This document shows positions 39,451 through 52,629 of a stretch of 64,000 nucleotides of DNA, one piece after another. The notes below the pieces were generated by a model. It worked only from the letters and a program-made list of their open reading frames with translations. It was not told the DNA's origin and made no database searches. How positions within the stretch are numbered: position 1 is the first letter of the stretch; every line of letters starts with the position of its first letter. A program made the position numbers and the translations under genes. The stretch is from Cirrosporium novae-zelandiae (Eukaryota): positions 62,001-126,000 of the forward strand of contig JAPETS010000030.1 of NCBI GenBank assembly GCA_026023565.1, in the 5' to 3' direction.

Positions 39451-39747
39451 GATGAATAGCAACAAATAGGAAAGCTAATTCTATCGTATTTTCTACAATG
39501 CAAAGTAAAGGGATACCTTCTAATAATCAAAGCCGCTCAAGCACTTGACGCATAATCACGGCGGTAGTGTACGGCGTAGCAACCGAACGACCCCTAAGAG
39601 CAAAGGACTGTCGGGGTTTAAAGCCTTCGCTGAAGCATTTCCGAGCCGATGTGGGACTACCCCAAGGATGTAGATAAGGCGATCGCGATCCGTCTCCACC
39701 ACCCCTACAATATTTAATCCACTTTAAACAAATCATGATTAAGCATT

Positions 39748-39778
39748 GAACCATCGAACTATCGAACCATCGAACCAT
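39748..39778. repeat. 8-bp tandem repeat (GAACCATC)x4 upstream of the OPT gene
   Basis: Direct reading. Confidence 0.85.
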
Positions 39779-40080
39779 TTTACATTATGGTTCTACCATC
39801 GTTTATTCCAGATACACATTGTAGATATCATCGTTTTCAATTGCCAAATATCGTTAATCTTGTTTATTACCCTGAGCACAATCATATCCTAAGCATGTAT
39901 TAAAGACATGATCTTCGATACTATGTAGGCGAATTGGAATTTGGTCGCCCCCTTGAAAACCGTTTGCCAGCCTTCGTCTAGCACTATATAATAGTACCCA
40001 GCAGTCACTATCTAGGGTTTTCTGGAAGGAGGCGCAGGCTACAATTTCTAGCTAATACTAAACACCGTTCCAACCAAATT

Positions 40081-42680
40081 ATGGCAGATCCTAAAAGTCA
40101 TCGTGATCCAACCAACACCGAAGTCGTCGAGTTGGATGCTGATAGTCATGAGGAAAGGGACTTGGATTTTAATATGCCCGAAAAGGCTGATGCGGAGGAG
40201 AATAATATTAAACCTACCCGAAAAGATGTTGAGATTGGGGAATTAGGAGAAGACTCGTAAGTGAAGCTGAGAGAAACCTCAATGCTTGAATGCATTCTTA
40301 TAGATGAGTAGACCTTACCCCGAAGTAAGAGCAAGTGTTCCTCCTATTGATGAGGACATCCCCGTCAATACTTTTCGAGCCTGGTTTTTGGGAATTATAT
40401 CAACTGTGATTCTCACTGCTCTAAATCAGTTCTTTCAGCTTCATACACCTCCAAGTTAGCACCACCCTTGAAATCTTTAGATTGGGATTCATACTAAGAC
40501 TTCTTAGTTTTCCTATCTTCTTACTTGCCAATTCTGCTTACTCTGCCTTGTGGGCATTTCATGGCCCGTGTATTACCCACCACTACTTACAACATTCTTG
40601 GCTGGAAATTCACGCTCAATCCAGGACCCTTCAACAGAAAGGAGCATACCATAACTGGTATCATGGCTACATTAGCGACAGCATTTGATAATGGTTCCCT
40701 GGCATCGGACGTTTGGGTAGGATTCGAGAAATTCCTTGACATACCTATTTCAGTGGGTTATAAGTTTCTATTTCTTCTGACTACCCAAGCTCTGAGCTTC
40801 GGTATGGTAGGAATACTGCACCAATTTCTTGTCGAGCCAGCATTATGTGTATGGCCTGCAGCCTTACCCACCTGCACGCTTCTACATAGTTTCCACGACA
40901 AAAAATTCCAGGATAAAGTTGCAAATGGATGGAAAGTAAATAGAATGAGGTTCTTTTGGATCGTCTTTTGGTGTATGGTAGTATACCAGATTATTCCCGG
41001 TTATCTCTTCACTGGACTCGCCACGTTTGCATGGATCACCTGGATTAAACCCAACAATGTCACGTTGAATCAGGTTTTCGGTGCAACAACAGGGTATGTG
41101 ATACATCTTATACCGTTTGACTCGCTTAGGTGCTGAAATAGCTTCGTAGTATGGATCTGCTTCCGATATCTTTTGACTGGAACCAGATTACGGGTTATCT
41201 ATCCTCCCCGTTATTAGTCCCATCATGGGCCTTGATCAATGTCCTAGGAGGTAGTATTTTCTTTCTTTGGGTTGTGTCTCCTATTCTTCACTGGAAAAAC
41301 GTCTGGGACGGTATGTATATGTCATTTTCGTCTTCAAGCACTTATGACAATACTGGTAAGTGATACGAATAACCAATAAGCGGTACTTATTAAAAATATG
41401 ACAGGAAATTCATACAATACCAGCCGGGTAATGAATGCGGACTATTCATTGAACGAAGAAGCTTATCATCAATACTCCCCGGTCTATCTCTCAACGACAT
41501 CTATTCTCTCTTATGGATTAGGTTTCGCGTCCGTAACGTCTATCCTTGTTCATACAGCTCTCTATCATCGCGACACAATCTGGCAAGGTATGAAGAGAAC
41601 AATAGGACGTAACGCAACTGAAGAGGAGCCTGACATACATCTCAAGGTAAACCTTCTGTTTTTTTATCTGTGAAGAACCTAACTAATAGAAATAAGCTTA
41701 TGAGAAAATACAAAAATGTGCCACAATGGTGGTATATTACGGTCCTTCTAATCATGTTTGGCCTTAGTGTTGCGTTCATGTATGTCTATGACACTGGACT
41801 TCCTTGGTATGGCCTCATATTGAGCATGGCCGTTAACTTCGTTTTGCTGGTTCCTGTCGGCATAATGCAAGCGATTTGCAACGTATCTCTTTCCACTGCA
41901 GTCATATCAGCCATTATTGCTGGTTTTATATGGCCTGGGAAGATGATGAACAATGTTGTGTTCAAACTTTACACGCTTACATCAAATTCCCAAGGACTAG
42001 GATATGTTAGAGACATGAAGATTGGCCATTACATGAAAATTCCTCCCAGGACCACATTCATAGCCCAATGCGTTGGAATTCTAGTCAGTTGGTTAACACA
42101 GGTTGCTGTCAATATTTGGGCGTTAGGAAACGTCGAAAACATCTGTACTGACGAGAGCGATTTCGGATGTCCATTGGCATCTGGCTATGCAACTAACGCA
42201 ATATTTTGGGGTTTGATAGGCCCTAAAAAGCTCTTCGCCTCTGGATCAATGTACTCATCGATGCTTTGGTTTTTCCTCATTGGGGCTATTTTACCGATTA
42301 TCGTGTTCCTCCTGGAGCGCCGCTATCCTAACACCTTCCTTCGTCATGTCCATGTTCCCGCCATCTTTGCTTCAACTGCCTCCATCCCGCCTGCGACAGC
42401 CAGCAACTATATCGCCTGGGGCATCATAGGGCTCATTTTCAATAGCTATATCAAACGGAAATTCAGGGACTGGTGGGTTAAGTATAATTACATACTCTCA
42501 GCTGCACTCGATGCAGGTTTGGCTGTTACGACCTTCTTAGTATTTTTCTGCCTAACATACCCTGGAGTGACCTTGAACTGGTATGGAAATACGATCGCGA
42601 GCGTGACTGCGGATGGGCTAGGGACACCTCTAAAGACGGTTGCCGAAGGCGAACATTTTGGCCTAGATACCTGGATATAG
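40081..42680 (+). CDS. OPT-family oligopeptide transporter (ISP4/OPT1-like); ~6 exons
   Basis: SPYPEVRA (spliced), NTFRAWFLG, LNPGPFNRKEH, DMKIGHYMKIPPR, KYNYILSAALDAG. Confidence 0.93.
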
Positions 42681-42920
42681 TAGATTTGACCTGAATTGAA
42701 AATCGGTGTGAAGATAGAATAATAATGTTGTAAACACTTATTAATACTAATCCGTCGTATTTTTTGACTACTTTTGGCCTAGCTCATTTTTGACTTCTTG
42801 ACCTCTTTTCATCAACAGGCCACTTGCCCACACTTAATCATAAACGATAAGAGCAAGGCATGATGTCTGGTGTGTTGATGGTTAGGTCAGGACATGATAG
42901 TTTTGAGATTACCTAGGAAG

Positions 42921-44093
42921 ATGGCTTCTAATCAAAAAATTCTGGTTATCGGTCAACTTCCTTCAACTCCCTCAAGCGTTAATACTTGGGAGTTGTTTTG
43001 TTCCCGGTTCAATGTTGTTCTATATGACTTCACCTCTCGCCATGAATTTTACACCTCTCTGGAGTCAGGTATTTGCTCTGACATTCAAGGTATGATGGTT
43101 GTAGGCTCACCTCCTCGCGGGTGCGAGCGTCTGGGACAAGGATGGACAAGAGAAGCCCTGAAGCACTTTCCATCCTCGCTATGCATCATATCCCACCTCG
43201 GTCATGGATATGAGAGTGAGGATATTGCAGGTATGACAAAACGTGGCATAGTATTTAGCAACTCGAAGGGAGCCGCAGAAGCAACCGCCTCAATTGGCCT
43301 ATATCTTATCATTGCAGCATTTAGGCATTTGGCTTACTTTGAGAAATTGGCAAGGATGGGGATGTTTGTTCAGGCGATGATGGAATCTGCGAGGATAGTT
43401 TAGGATCCTTATGGAAAGGCACTTGGAATTGTTGGTATGGGCACCGTTGGCCAAACCTTGGCTCGACAAGCAGTAGGGTTAGGGATGAAGGTTCATTTTG
43501 TTACTCGTCAAGAGGAAGCAGGTAAAGAGGCGATGAGAAAAGGGATGGGAAATGAAGGGGCAATATGTTCAGAACCACAGGTTGATGCAATGCAACATGC
43601 CGACTTATCTTCCATGCTCCCTGTCGTTGACTGTGTCGCGCTTACTTGTCCATACAACGAAAGCACTCACCATCTGCTTGACAGCAAGAGCTTTAGCAAA
43701 ATGAAAAAGGGAGTTCGAATTATCAATATAGCTCGAGGGAAATGCATTGATGAGCTTGCGTTGGTGGATGCCTTGGAAAAGGGGGTTGTTGGTGGAGTTG
43801 GGCTCGATGTGTATGAAAATGAGTATGCCAGACCTCCCCCCATCTTTCTTCCTTCTTGTTCTCGGATATAATTAATAAATCATCAGACCAAAAATCCACC
43901 CAAAGCTTCTAAAGCATGATTATGTGACGTTACTACCACATGTGGGAGGACTCAGTCAGGATGTCATGGCAGTGGGTGCTCCTCAAAGAACTTTGTGATC
44001 AATAGATCTCATGCTGACTATGTTTAGAATCATTTCCAGATCTGTATGGAGAATATAACTTCGTTCTTTGATAGCAATAAGTTGATCATGTGA
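42921..44093 (+). pseudogene. D-isomer 2-hydroxyacid dehydrogenase (glyoxylate-reductase-like) interrupted by in-frame TAG at 43401-43403
   Basis: GHGYE; ...SARIV*DPYGKALGIVGMGTVG; INIARG; GLDVYENE|P; LLPH; the reading frame is the same on both sides of the TAG. Confidence 0.8.
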
Positions 44094-44342
44094 CGTAATT
44101 ATGCGACGGTTTCAGGGGCTTGAATTAGGATACCGCTAAGACCCAATAGGCGCAATGCAGATAAGACAAGATAACAACAGAGTTTCATAATTTAATAGAC
44201 TTCAACCGACCGAAGCCGTTCGTGCCATTTCACGCTCTGTCTATATAATTAAACCACTTTAAGCCATCTTTAGTCTCTGCTCACTTATCTCCTTCTCTCC
44301 ATCCCGCAATTTAAAATAACAAAACCCTTCCTACTATCTATA

Positions 44343-46570
44343 ATGACCGACAAGCCTCCAAAAAAAAGGAATGTCACTTCCAGGGTTAGAAGCGGATGTT
44401 TTACATGCAGGAAACGACGATTGAAATGCGACGAGGGTAAGCCTTGTTGTCATAATGTCTGTTACTGTCTTTCCATTCCAACTTCTTCTTCCTTTTCTAA
44501 TACTTGTCATAGTGTACGAGACTCAATTTGCATTGCGAAGGCTACGGGCCGCGAATATCTTTTGTAGATCAATCATCCGAGGTGGTTGAAAGGGCCAAGG
44601 GTCGAGCTCCAAAACGCAGAAGACGAAATGTCAAAGACAACTCCTCGACGAGAGAGCCATCATCTTCTCCAGCAGACCATGACGACCCCACCCCCAGGCA
44701 ACCATTAGCTGTTGAGAATCGGCCAACCGAGCTTGTGTTTGTTAATACCCCGACCGCTCCAAGCCCGTTGGGATTGGATTTTCTGCCACAATGTTCCAAC
44801 GAGATGAACCCCATGCCTACTTTGTTCGGCTCAATCAATACCTTAGATACTCCCGAGGAGCTGCAGAATGGAGTGCATCTTCTTTCTGATGGTTCTCAAC
44901 CGAGCTTAGACAACAGCGAGGACTTGATGCCATATACCCTTAATAATTTAAACCAAGACCAAGTTTATTTACAAGTGAAACAAACTACCGAATTGGGAGG
45001 GCTTGAAGAAGCTCCTTCAAATGTTTCTCAGAAAAACCAAAGTCAAAGAAGGGAAAGCTTTCGGGCAGGCTCTTCAGAGCTTGAGGTAGATGTCAACGCC
45101 GATACAAATACTAGAAGAATGTCGATGCTCCCTCCTACTTACACTACTAGGGTTTCATTGACTCCATTGGCTCGGCCTTTATCGAATACATTCCTTTCTC
45201 TCTGTGGTGCTTATAAGTTTTCCGAGGATGTTTTATATTATCAATATCTCGTTGACAATAGTACATATGGTCTTGCACATATCCTTCCGCTCAAAGATAT
45301 TCTAAAGACAGAGTCGGTGGCGCCTCATGTATATAGTGCAGCGCTAGCTCTCAGTGCCTTGAGTCTCTCTAACCTAAACGACTCCAAATCCAGTCGCTTA
45401 CCTTCACGACGTCATGCACTCCAGCACAGTATGACGGCATTACAAGGCGTACGCAATAACTTTCCCTCAACCGGATTCCGCGGATGTCCAGTGACCCAAA
45501 ATCTCGACATACTTATCTCATGGCTCCTCACCGTGCTTCTCCTAGCTAACTTCGAACTGCAGCGAGGATTTGTAGCTTCCTGGCGCTCCCACCTACGTGC
45601 TGCTGGCTCGTGTTTGGGCATATGGTGTGGAGAGTTTCAAAAACGAGAATCCGGAAGACTCTTAATTCAAGCATTTGCTCGAATGTCTTTACTTTTGGTT
45701 ATTTACAATGCAGAATACGCCGCAACGACTCTTGATGTCCTGCCACCTGGGCTTATGGAACATCTTCAAGAATTACTCATCGACTCGCCATTACCGCAGG
45801 ATAGACTTCTCCCCTTAATAAAAGAGGTGGGCGAGCTTGAGATCAATTACCGCCGACAACCAGAACAGGAGGAAAAATGGACGCGAAAAGGCAACAAACT
45901 CCTCGCAAAACTCGATACCTGGCAACGAAGCCTTCCATCTTCCGAGTTCCCTGTAGACGACGGCACCCGATCCCCTCTATCATTCCCAACCCCATCCGAC
46001 TCCCAACAGCCACTCATAACCCCCCTGCATTTCCGAAGCTCCGACCCCTGCGCCTCCGCTTGTAATTACGCCAACTTCCTCTGCGCTCGAATGCGCATCC
46101 GAACGCGCTACCCCTCCGTGATCGGTCGCATCATACCCCCCGATTCCGAACAAACCGTACACACAATCTGCAAAATCGCCGCCGGCATATCTCCCGCCCT
46201 CTGCGGTCAAGCAAATGCATACTCCCATGGCATGCTACCTGCAGTCATCGGCGCCTACCGCTGGACTACCGACATACACTTACGGAAATGGGTCATTGCT
46301 TGGCTATCAGGGTATCAGAGTGTGAGGGAAGGAATCTGGAACGTGAGTCGTTCGATACGGCTTTGTTCGTTCATGGATAAGAAGTATGCGAGATGGGACG
46401 CTGCGGATGAGGGACGGGAGTTGGTCGCTTGTCGGATTGTGGATGAGCCAGATGAGGAGGTTGGGGATGAGGCGAGCGATAAGGAGAAGGCGCATACGAA
46501 GCCGTTTAAGGTGGTGGTGCATTCGAGGGGTTGGAGGGGTTGGTCTACGGAGTTTGTGCTCGTACCATGA
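44343..46570 (+). CDS. Zn(II)2Cys6 transcription factor; intron ~44457-44512 splits the cluster
   Basis: SRVRSGCFTCRKRRLKCDEGKPCCHN|CTRLNLHCEGY followed by a fungal TF-type C-terminal region. Confidence 0.92.
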
Positions 46571-46607
46571 AGAAGAAGAAGAAGAAGAAGAAGAAGAAGA
46601 AGAAGAA
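46569..46607. repeat. (GAA)~13 microsatellite at the TF stop codon
   Basis: Direct reading. Confidence 0.95.
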
Positions 46608-47404
46608 GAGAGAAGAAGGAATATTTACAAAGCCAAGACAAGGGCTAAACTACACTTTACATACATACACAGAGACGGAAACTCAACGAATTGGCGATCT
46701 AAAGAGAAGGGAAACTTTACTTACGATGTATCATATCATTATCATATATACCCGGGGTCGGAAATTACGGGATGGGATGGAATGGATGGAATGGATCGGT
46801 TAATTAATAGCTATGGTTTTTCATAATCGCTTTTCAGGTGTTTAAAAGCTGCTTGAGGTAAATTTCAAAAGTGTCATTGCGTATGTATATATATATTGAT
46901 ATAGACTATAGCTTTCAAGGTATTTAGAAAAAGGAGGAGTAGAAAGAAGAAGGAAGGGGAGGTAAACTGAACTAGAATAAGCTAGTCTTGTTCTTTTCTA
47001 TTATATTGCTTATATTACGCCATGGGTCTCATGTTCTAGTCAACTTGCAGCGTAGAAAATACGTCAAACTCCAAAAGAATGCTTACCATCCAACTACCAA
47101 CCATCGTGGGCCATTTATTATTAAGAAGACGTTCAAAATGGGCATCACAAGGATATTTCTGCTCCCATTATATTAGAGCTATTTATCTGGAATAAAGGCA
47201 TTCACCTCCCCCTCGCAGCTAACACATTGCTTGCATCCCGTTAGCCTAATGTATGTTAAATAAACGTTCCAGCACTGAGCAACCAAGCCATAGAAGTACA
47301 TCATACGAAAGTAGAAAAAATCATCCCTTGTCTGGCAATTTAATTCATGCCTCTGGTTCCACATCACCTCCAAATCACGCCAACCCAAAAGAATTTTCAG
47401 CATC

Positions 47405-49335
47405 TCACTGAATCTCGTCAATTCCCATGTCATCACCTCCGTTCGCGACAGTATTGCCGTTGGCTGTGGTAGTATCGACAGGGACGGCAGCACCATCTGT
47501 GACACCAGTATCCATGTAATCAGCCATTTCGGCATCCAACTCCTCTACTGTCTTTGGCTTTCCCCGACCAGCATTTCGGCCACGTCGAGTTCCACGGGTT
47601 TTACGTCCTCCACGAGTATTGACGCTATTAGCCTTTGTAGTTACAGCTGACTTTGGCTGCGCCTTTGGTTGTGCAACACGCTCGGAGAGTGGCTTGACGG
47701 GTTGTGGGGCAGGTGCCTCGCTGGCATCGAGAACGACTTCAATCTAAAGATGGTTAGACAGACCGGTAAATTTTAAGATCCCAGGAGCTTTATAAGTACC
47801 TTCATTGGCCTCTTATCAACGTTCACATTGTTCAGTTGCTTCAAGGCCCTGTTGGCGGCATCCGTCTGATTGAAAATGATGGAGGCGATTCCGCGGCTGA
47901 CACCATTCTGGTTGTATGTAACTAGGACCTTCTTGACTGGACCGATGGTTGCCGCAAAGTATTCCTGTAAAGGGAAACAATTGTGATTAGTTCCTGTGTA
48001 TCTCTCAAAGTGTAGCAGACGGTAGTTGAAAGACATTGCGGTAACAGGACAAGACAGGGAATATCTCCAAGTAGACAATCCGCCCCGCATAGAACATCAG
48101 TGAGTCAGCAGCGAGGTTAGTAGTTAGCATAGCAGCATCGAACCATCCATGAACTCATCAATTCCCAAGGTCAAATCCAGGTCCAGGTCCATTGGGAGAA
48201 ACAGTTCTTGGGAGGCCCTTCCCTCTCCCTCGATAGGTCTTCAACCAATATGCAACATGACCTCAACGAATATCCAACCTCAGAGCCCTAAGAAATACCC
48301 GAGCAAACAATGAAACAATCATTTATCACTAGGCATCTCTTAAGAGGCCCCAATTCCTTCACAAAAGCCCCAATTTGCAACTCGTCATAGCCAACTTCTC
48401 CAGACCCGTCAATTACATAATCCAATACTGTTTGCTTCCATTTGCCATGGTGTAACCAGTTTTGAAAGTGTTGACGTCTAGCAATGTAGCTTTTGTCTCT
48501 GGTGCGATAGTTGATAATGCCGAATTGCAGTTAAGACTGCAAGGTCATGGACCAAAGAAACATATGTTCAAGACGCTGTCAACTCGAGTCGAGAATGCTT
48601 TGCTGTACTGTGCTTTTATCTCACTGCTGCGCTCACTGATGTCCCATAACAGTAGGAAAGGAAACAAGAGATCGATCGATCGATATATTCGCAACAATTT
48701 ATCCACAGCCACTTGCGTGGCTAGCCGAAAATAGCACTCTAAATCCAAGCTGGCATTGAAGTAGCCTCAGATATCTTCACAGCTCAGCTATAGATATTAC
48801 AGACATAAACACAATCTCAATTCACATATGCATTGCGTCAAGCTTTGATGAGCGAGCAAAAGCATTGTTTAGAAGAGTAGTGATGCTGGTGCGGCTTTCC
48901 AAGTATATATATACGTGGAAGCAAGGTATACCCAAAACTTCGAAAAGACCGTGCATTTGGTAATGGAGATATATGGTCTCAAATAGGACGGCGATGGAAT
49001 TCCAAGGCTTGACGGCCTTTCGGTCAACATACCTTGATCTGGGCCTCGCCTACATCCGAAGGCTACGAAAGTTAGTGAGATGAACTTCTTATGGGAGATG
49101 AACAGAATTTTCTTACCAGATTGCTGACGATGATTTTGCTTCCAGCATGTCCAGAAGCTGCTGTGGCCTTGGTAGCTGGTTTAGTTTGTCTGGTGTTTTT
49201 CTTCACACCACCAACCGGAGCAGCGGGAGCGCTTGGCTTGCCGGTCATTCCAGTGCGACGTCCTCTACCACGACGAGCAGACTGACGACGGTTCACGAGG
49301 ATTTCGTCAAGAGACTGATCCAACTTGTTCGACAT
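47405..49335 (-). CDS. YRA1: mRNA export adaptor Yra1/ALYREF; exons 49335-49117, 49062-49033, 47964-47800, 47743-47405
   Basis: N-terminal KLDQSLDEI, RRM SKIIVSNL|PSDVGEAQIK|EYF...SRGIA, C-terminal EELDAEMADY. Confidence 0.93.
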
Positions 49336-50190
49336 TTTGACTTGTAGTTAAGTAATAGGTTGAAGTGAGTTTCTGGAGATAAGGCTGAGGTGTCAGAACC
49401 TGACGCGACAACAATCGGCACTGGGAACAACGGCTGGTGCGGCTGAAAAGATTATAGCCAGTGGGTTTTGAAGTCCCCGGTTTCGCGACAAAGCAAAAGA
49501 TGGAAGGTAGAGAGGGTGGATATAGATGGAGCTGACTTTGAGGCAAACTATGGAGGCTGTTACTTTGCTTGGTCGTGACGCGATCCCTGAGACAAGAGTG
49601 AATGGGTATTTGGCAGTGCGATAATTATTGGTAAATGTGGAGCGAGGTCTTGAGTGAAGTATTGAGAATGAAGAGAGTCTTTTAAAGACAGTAGGAAAAA
49701 AATGAAGTTGGTCGCATTTATGATGGGTGATGGTGTTGGTTGGGTGAATGAGAAGGAGGAAGAATGAAAGAACTGAAGTGAAGGAACGCGCACGCTAAGC
49801 CTAACTTGGATTACATTGTGGCTGGCTCTAGGCTCCAACCTCGACACCTGAGAGCCCAAGGCCGAAACTTTTACGATCAATAAATCATATACTGTAGTAC
49901 ATTATTTTATATCTGCTCATGGGAAAGGTTTTCTTATCATTGCTAATGCTCTATATCTAATAAAAAATAAAATAAAAAGAATATCTACCACATCTGAAGG
50001 TGGAATATAATTCATACTGTAGCATCTTACGAGACTTGAACCATCCAAAAATACCCAATTCCAAAGAACCCCAAAGGACCCGTAAAACTCCAGGTTTTTA
50101 CATGTCGGATCCAAGAAGCGGCATTAGATATAAAAACGCCTATCCCTTCTTCGAAATCATCATAATAGAACTCTAGTAAAACTGAGTAGA

Positions 50191-50946
50191 TCAACTCTTC
50201 AGAGCCTCCAGGCGTCCACGCATTTGCGCAAGGGTTGCTTCCTGATCTTCGAAGTCTTCCTCCTCCTCGACGGGCTGTTGGGGCTGTACAGGTAGTTCTT
50301 CCACCTTCTTTGCCTCGATTTTTCCAAGTTTTCCTTGGAGAATCTCCCCTAATACCTTATCAACCTCGGCTTCAGCCTCCTCATCCTCTTCCTCCAGAAG
50401 CTCGCTATCCGGAAGACTATCTCCAACCATTTCTTCAATAATTCCCGCCTTCATGAGCTCTTGGCTCAGCTCACGCATGGTTCCCGTAAGCTCTGGTAAT
50501 CGAACCAAGGTATTCACGTCCTTCATGATGCCTGTCGAGGTTTTCAGACTTCCTTCGATCTTGCGAACAGAGAACGCTTCGTTGACCTGCATCTGTACGC
50601 TTTGTAGTTGTGCTTTGCTGGTTGCTAGCCTTGCACTTTGTTTTCGTATGCGTATCAGCTCTTTCGCAAATGTTCTTGTCTCGAGAGCAGCCTGTTTGGC
50701 TTGGGAAGGATTCCGTTGGGCTCTTCTCGAGGCTGTGACGATATAATTTTTGGTTTTGGAATCGAGCATCTTTAGCTGTTGCATATCACGGTCAAGCTTT
50801 CGAACATTTGCGCGGATAAGGCTGTTGCATTTTCTCATCTATATAGTATTGTCAATCATATGGTCCAGTTGATCAAAATTAGAAAGGTCCGCCCCCACCT
50901 GGGCCGCCGGATCTGGCTTGAAAAAGACTGCCTTGATGGATTCCAT
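50191..50946 (-). CDS. VPS24: ESCRT-III subunit Vps24/CHMP3; intron 50898-50839
   Basis: FFKPDPAAQ|MRKCNSLIR...MRELSQELMKAGIIEEM...MRGRLEALKS. Confidence 0.93.
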
Positions 50947-51677
50947 GACTGCATCAATATGATATAGGTATTAATCATTCCACGATTATTCAGGCTGGGG
51001 GCCCTCTTGGGCAAAATTAGGAAGTTGATGTTAACCTTGTACGATGGTTGAAGCATAACCACCAGAGATCTCTAAGAGAACCGAAAGTGACGCTACGTGG
51101 GCACGCGGGTAGTTACAATTAACAGGAAAGCCAACAACACAGCAATTCTATAATTTTTTGGAGGCCGAGCAATACATATTCAAACAGGCGACTCACGCTC
51201 GGGTTTTCAAGTTAAATTATTATTGAAAACTGATTTTGTTTGAATCCCTTTTTAAAGCCTAATTACCTAGGTAAATAAAAGATGATATGGTGGGGCACCA
51301 GCGTCATTTCAACAACCTTCACAACCAAAGCTCTTAAAGAGCCATCCAGCAAAATGAAGTTGAATTCACAAAATATTCATTTAATTTTGAGATGAATGAG
51401 TAGTTTCATTCATCCTGTAGTGTCATAGTTGTCTTGTTAAACTCAGTTCTGTCAATTGAGCCTCACCCGCTCACTTTTTCCATAGATTTCGCAGGGCTTC
51501 TACCGTTTAAATCGTTTGAAGCCTCGCGTCTACTGCAACACCGCGCACACAAACTTCTACTCTTACCTTCCTTCCTCCTCTAAGCTTAATCTTTTTAAAT
51601 AACGAAGATAGAAACGGCCGTTGCTGTGAAAATATTACGACTAAACGTTTCTCTCACCTCAAAGCCTTAACCACACA

Positions 51678-52629
51678 ATGTCTACACAAGTCACTCCAGA
51701 AGGTATGCATTCAACCACTCATCTCCATCTAGGCGTTCATCTACAGTCAATAAAATACATAGAGTAGAGCACGGGCTACCATTTCATTCTCCTTGGACAT
51801 ATAAATAGCTAGAGCTAACAGATAAAAAACAGTTCTCTGGGCTCAGCGCTCGTCTGCAACCGATGCCGCAAAGAACTATGTCTATCTCACCATTAGCGCT
51901 CCGGATGTACCACCAAAAGACTTGAAACTTGACCTGACTCCTACGAAGTTGATTTTCACTGGTACATCAACATCTCTGAAAAAAACCTACCATGTGGAGT
52001 TGGAATTTTTCGAGGAGATCGACCCGGAAAATAGCAAGACCAATCATACTTCTAGGGATATTGAGTTTGTTCTACGGAAGAAGGAACTTAAAGAGGAGTA
52101 CTGGCCACGATTGTTAAAGGAAAAGAAGAAGCTACATTTCCTCAGGACCGACTTCGACAAGGTAGGATAAATTGTAGAAGATTTCTTGAGCCAGTCCCTA
52201 ACTGTTTAATAGTGGGTAGATGAGGACGAACAGGATGCTGCCCCAGAAGATGACTACATGAACAACCTTGCTGGTGGTGCCGATGTACCTTTCGGTGCTG
52301 GTGGTGCCGGTGGCGATGGCGGTTTCGGTGGTATTGACTTCTCTAAACTCGGAGCTGGTGCTGGTATGCCTGGTGACATGCCTGGGGCTGGCGAAGGAGA
52401 TGACCTTTCGGTATGAAGCTACTCATCCATGCTCTTTTCTAAACATTGTAAGCTAATTACATTTTCATAGGATGATGACATGCCAGAGCTCGAGGACACT
52501 GAAGACGCAAAGGAGAGCAAACCCGACGAGATCAAAGCCGAGGAAGTCAAATCCGAGGAGGTTAAAACTGAGGATGCGAAGGCTGATGAAGCCCCGAAGG
52601 CGGCTTCCAAGATCGAGGAACTTTCTTAG
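51678..52629 (+). CDS. SBA1: Hsp90 co-chaperone p23 (Wos2/Sba1); 4 exons
   Basis: TPE|VLWAQRS...YWPRLLKEKKKLHFLRTDFDK|WVDEDEQ, then Gly/acidic tail. Confidence 0.93.

Noticed and set aside
49468..49537. GAAGTCCCCGG...GGAGCTGACT resembling RNase MRP conserved regions
   Set aside because: The motifs are only ~50 nt apart, too close for the MRP fold, and lie antisense to the YRA1 leader
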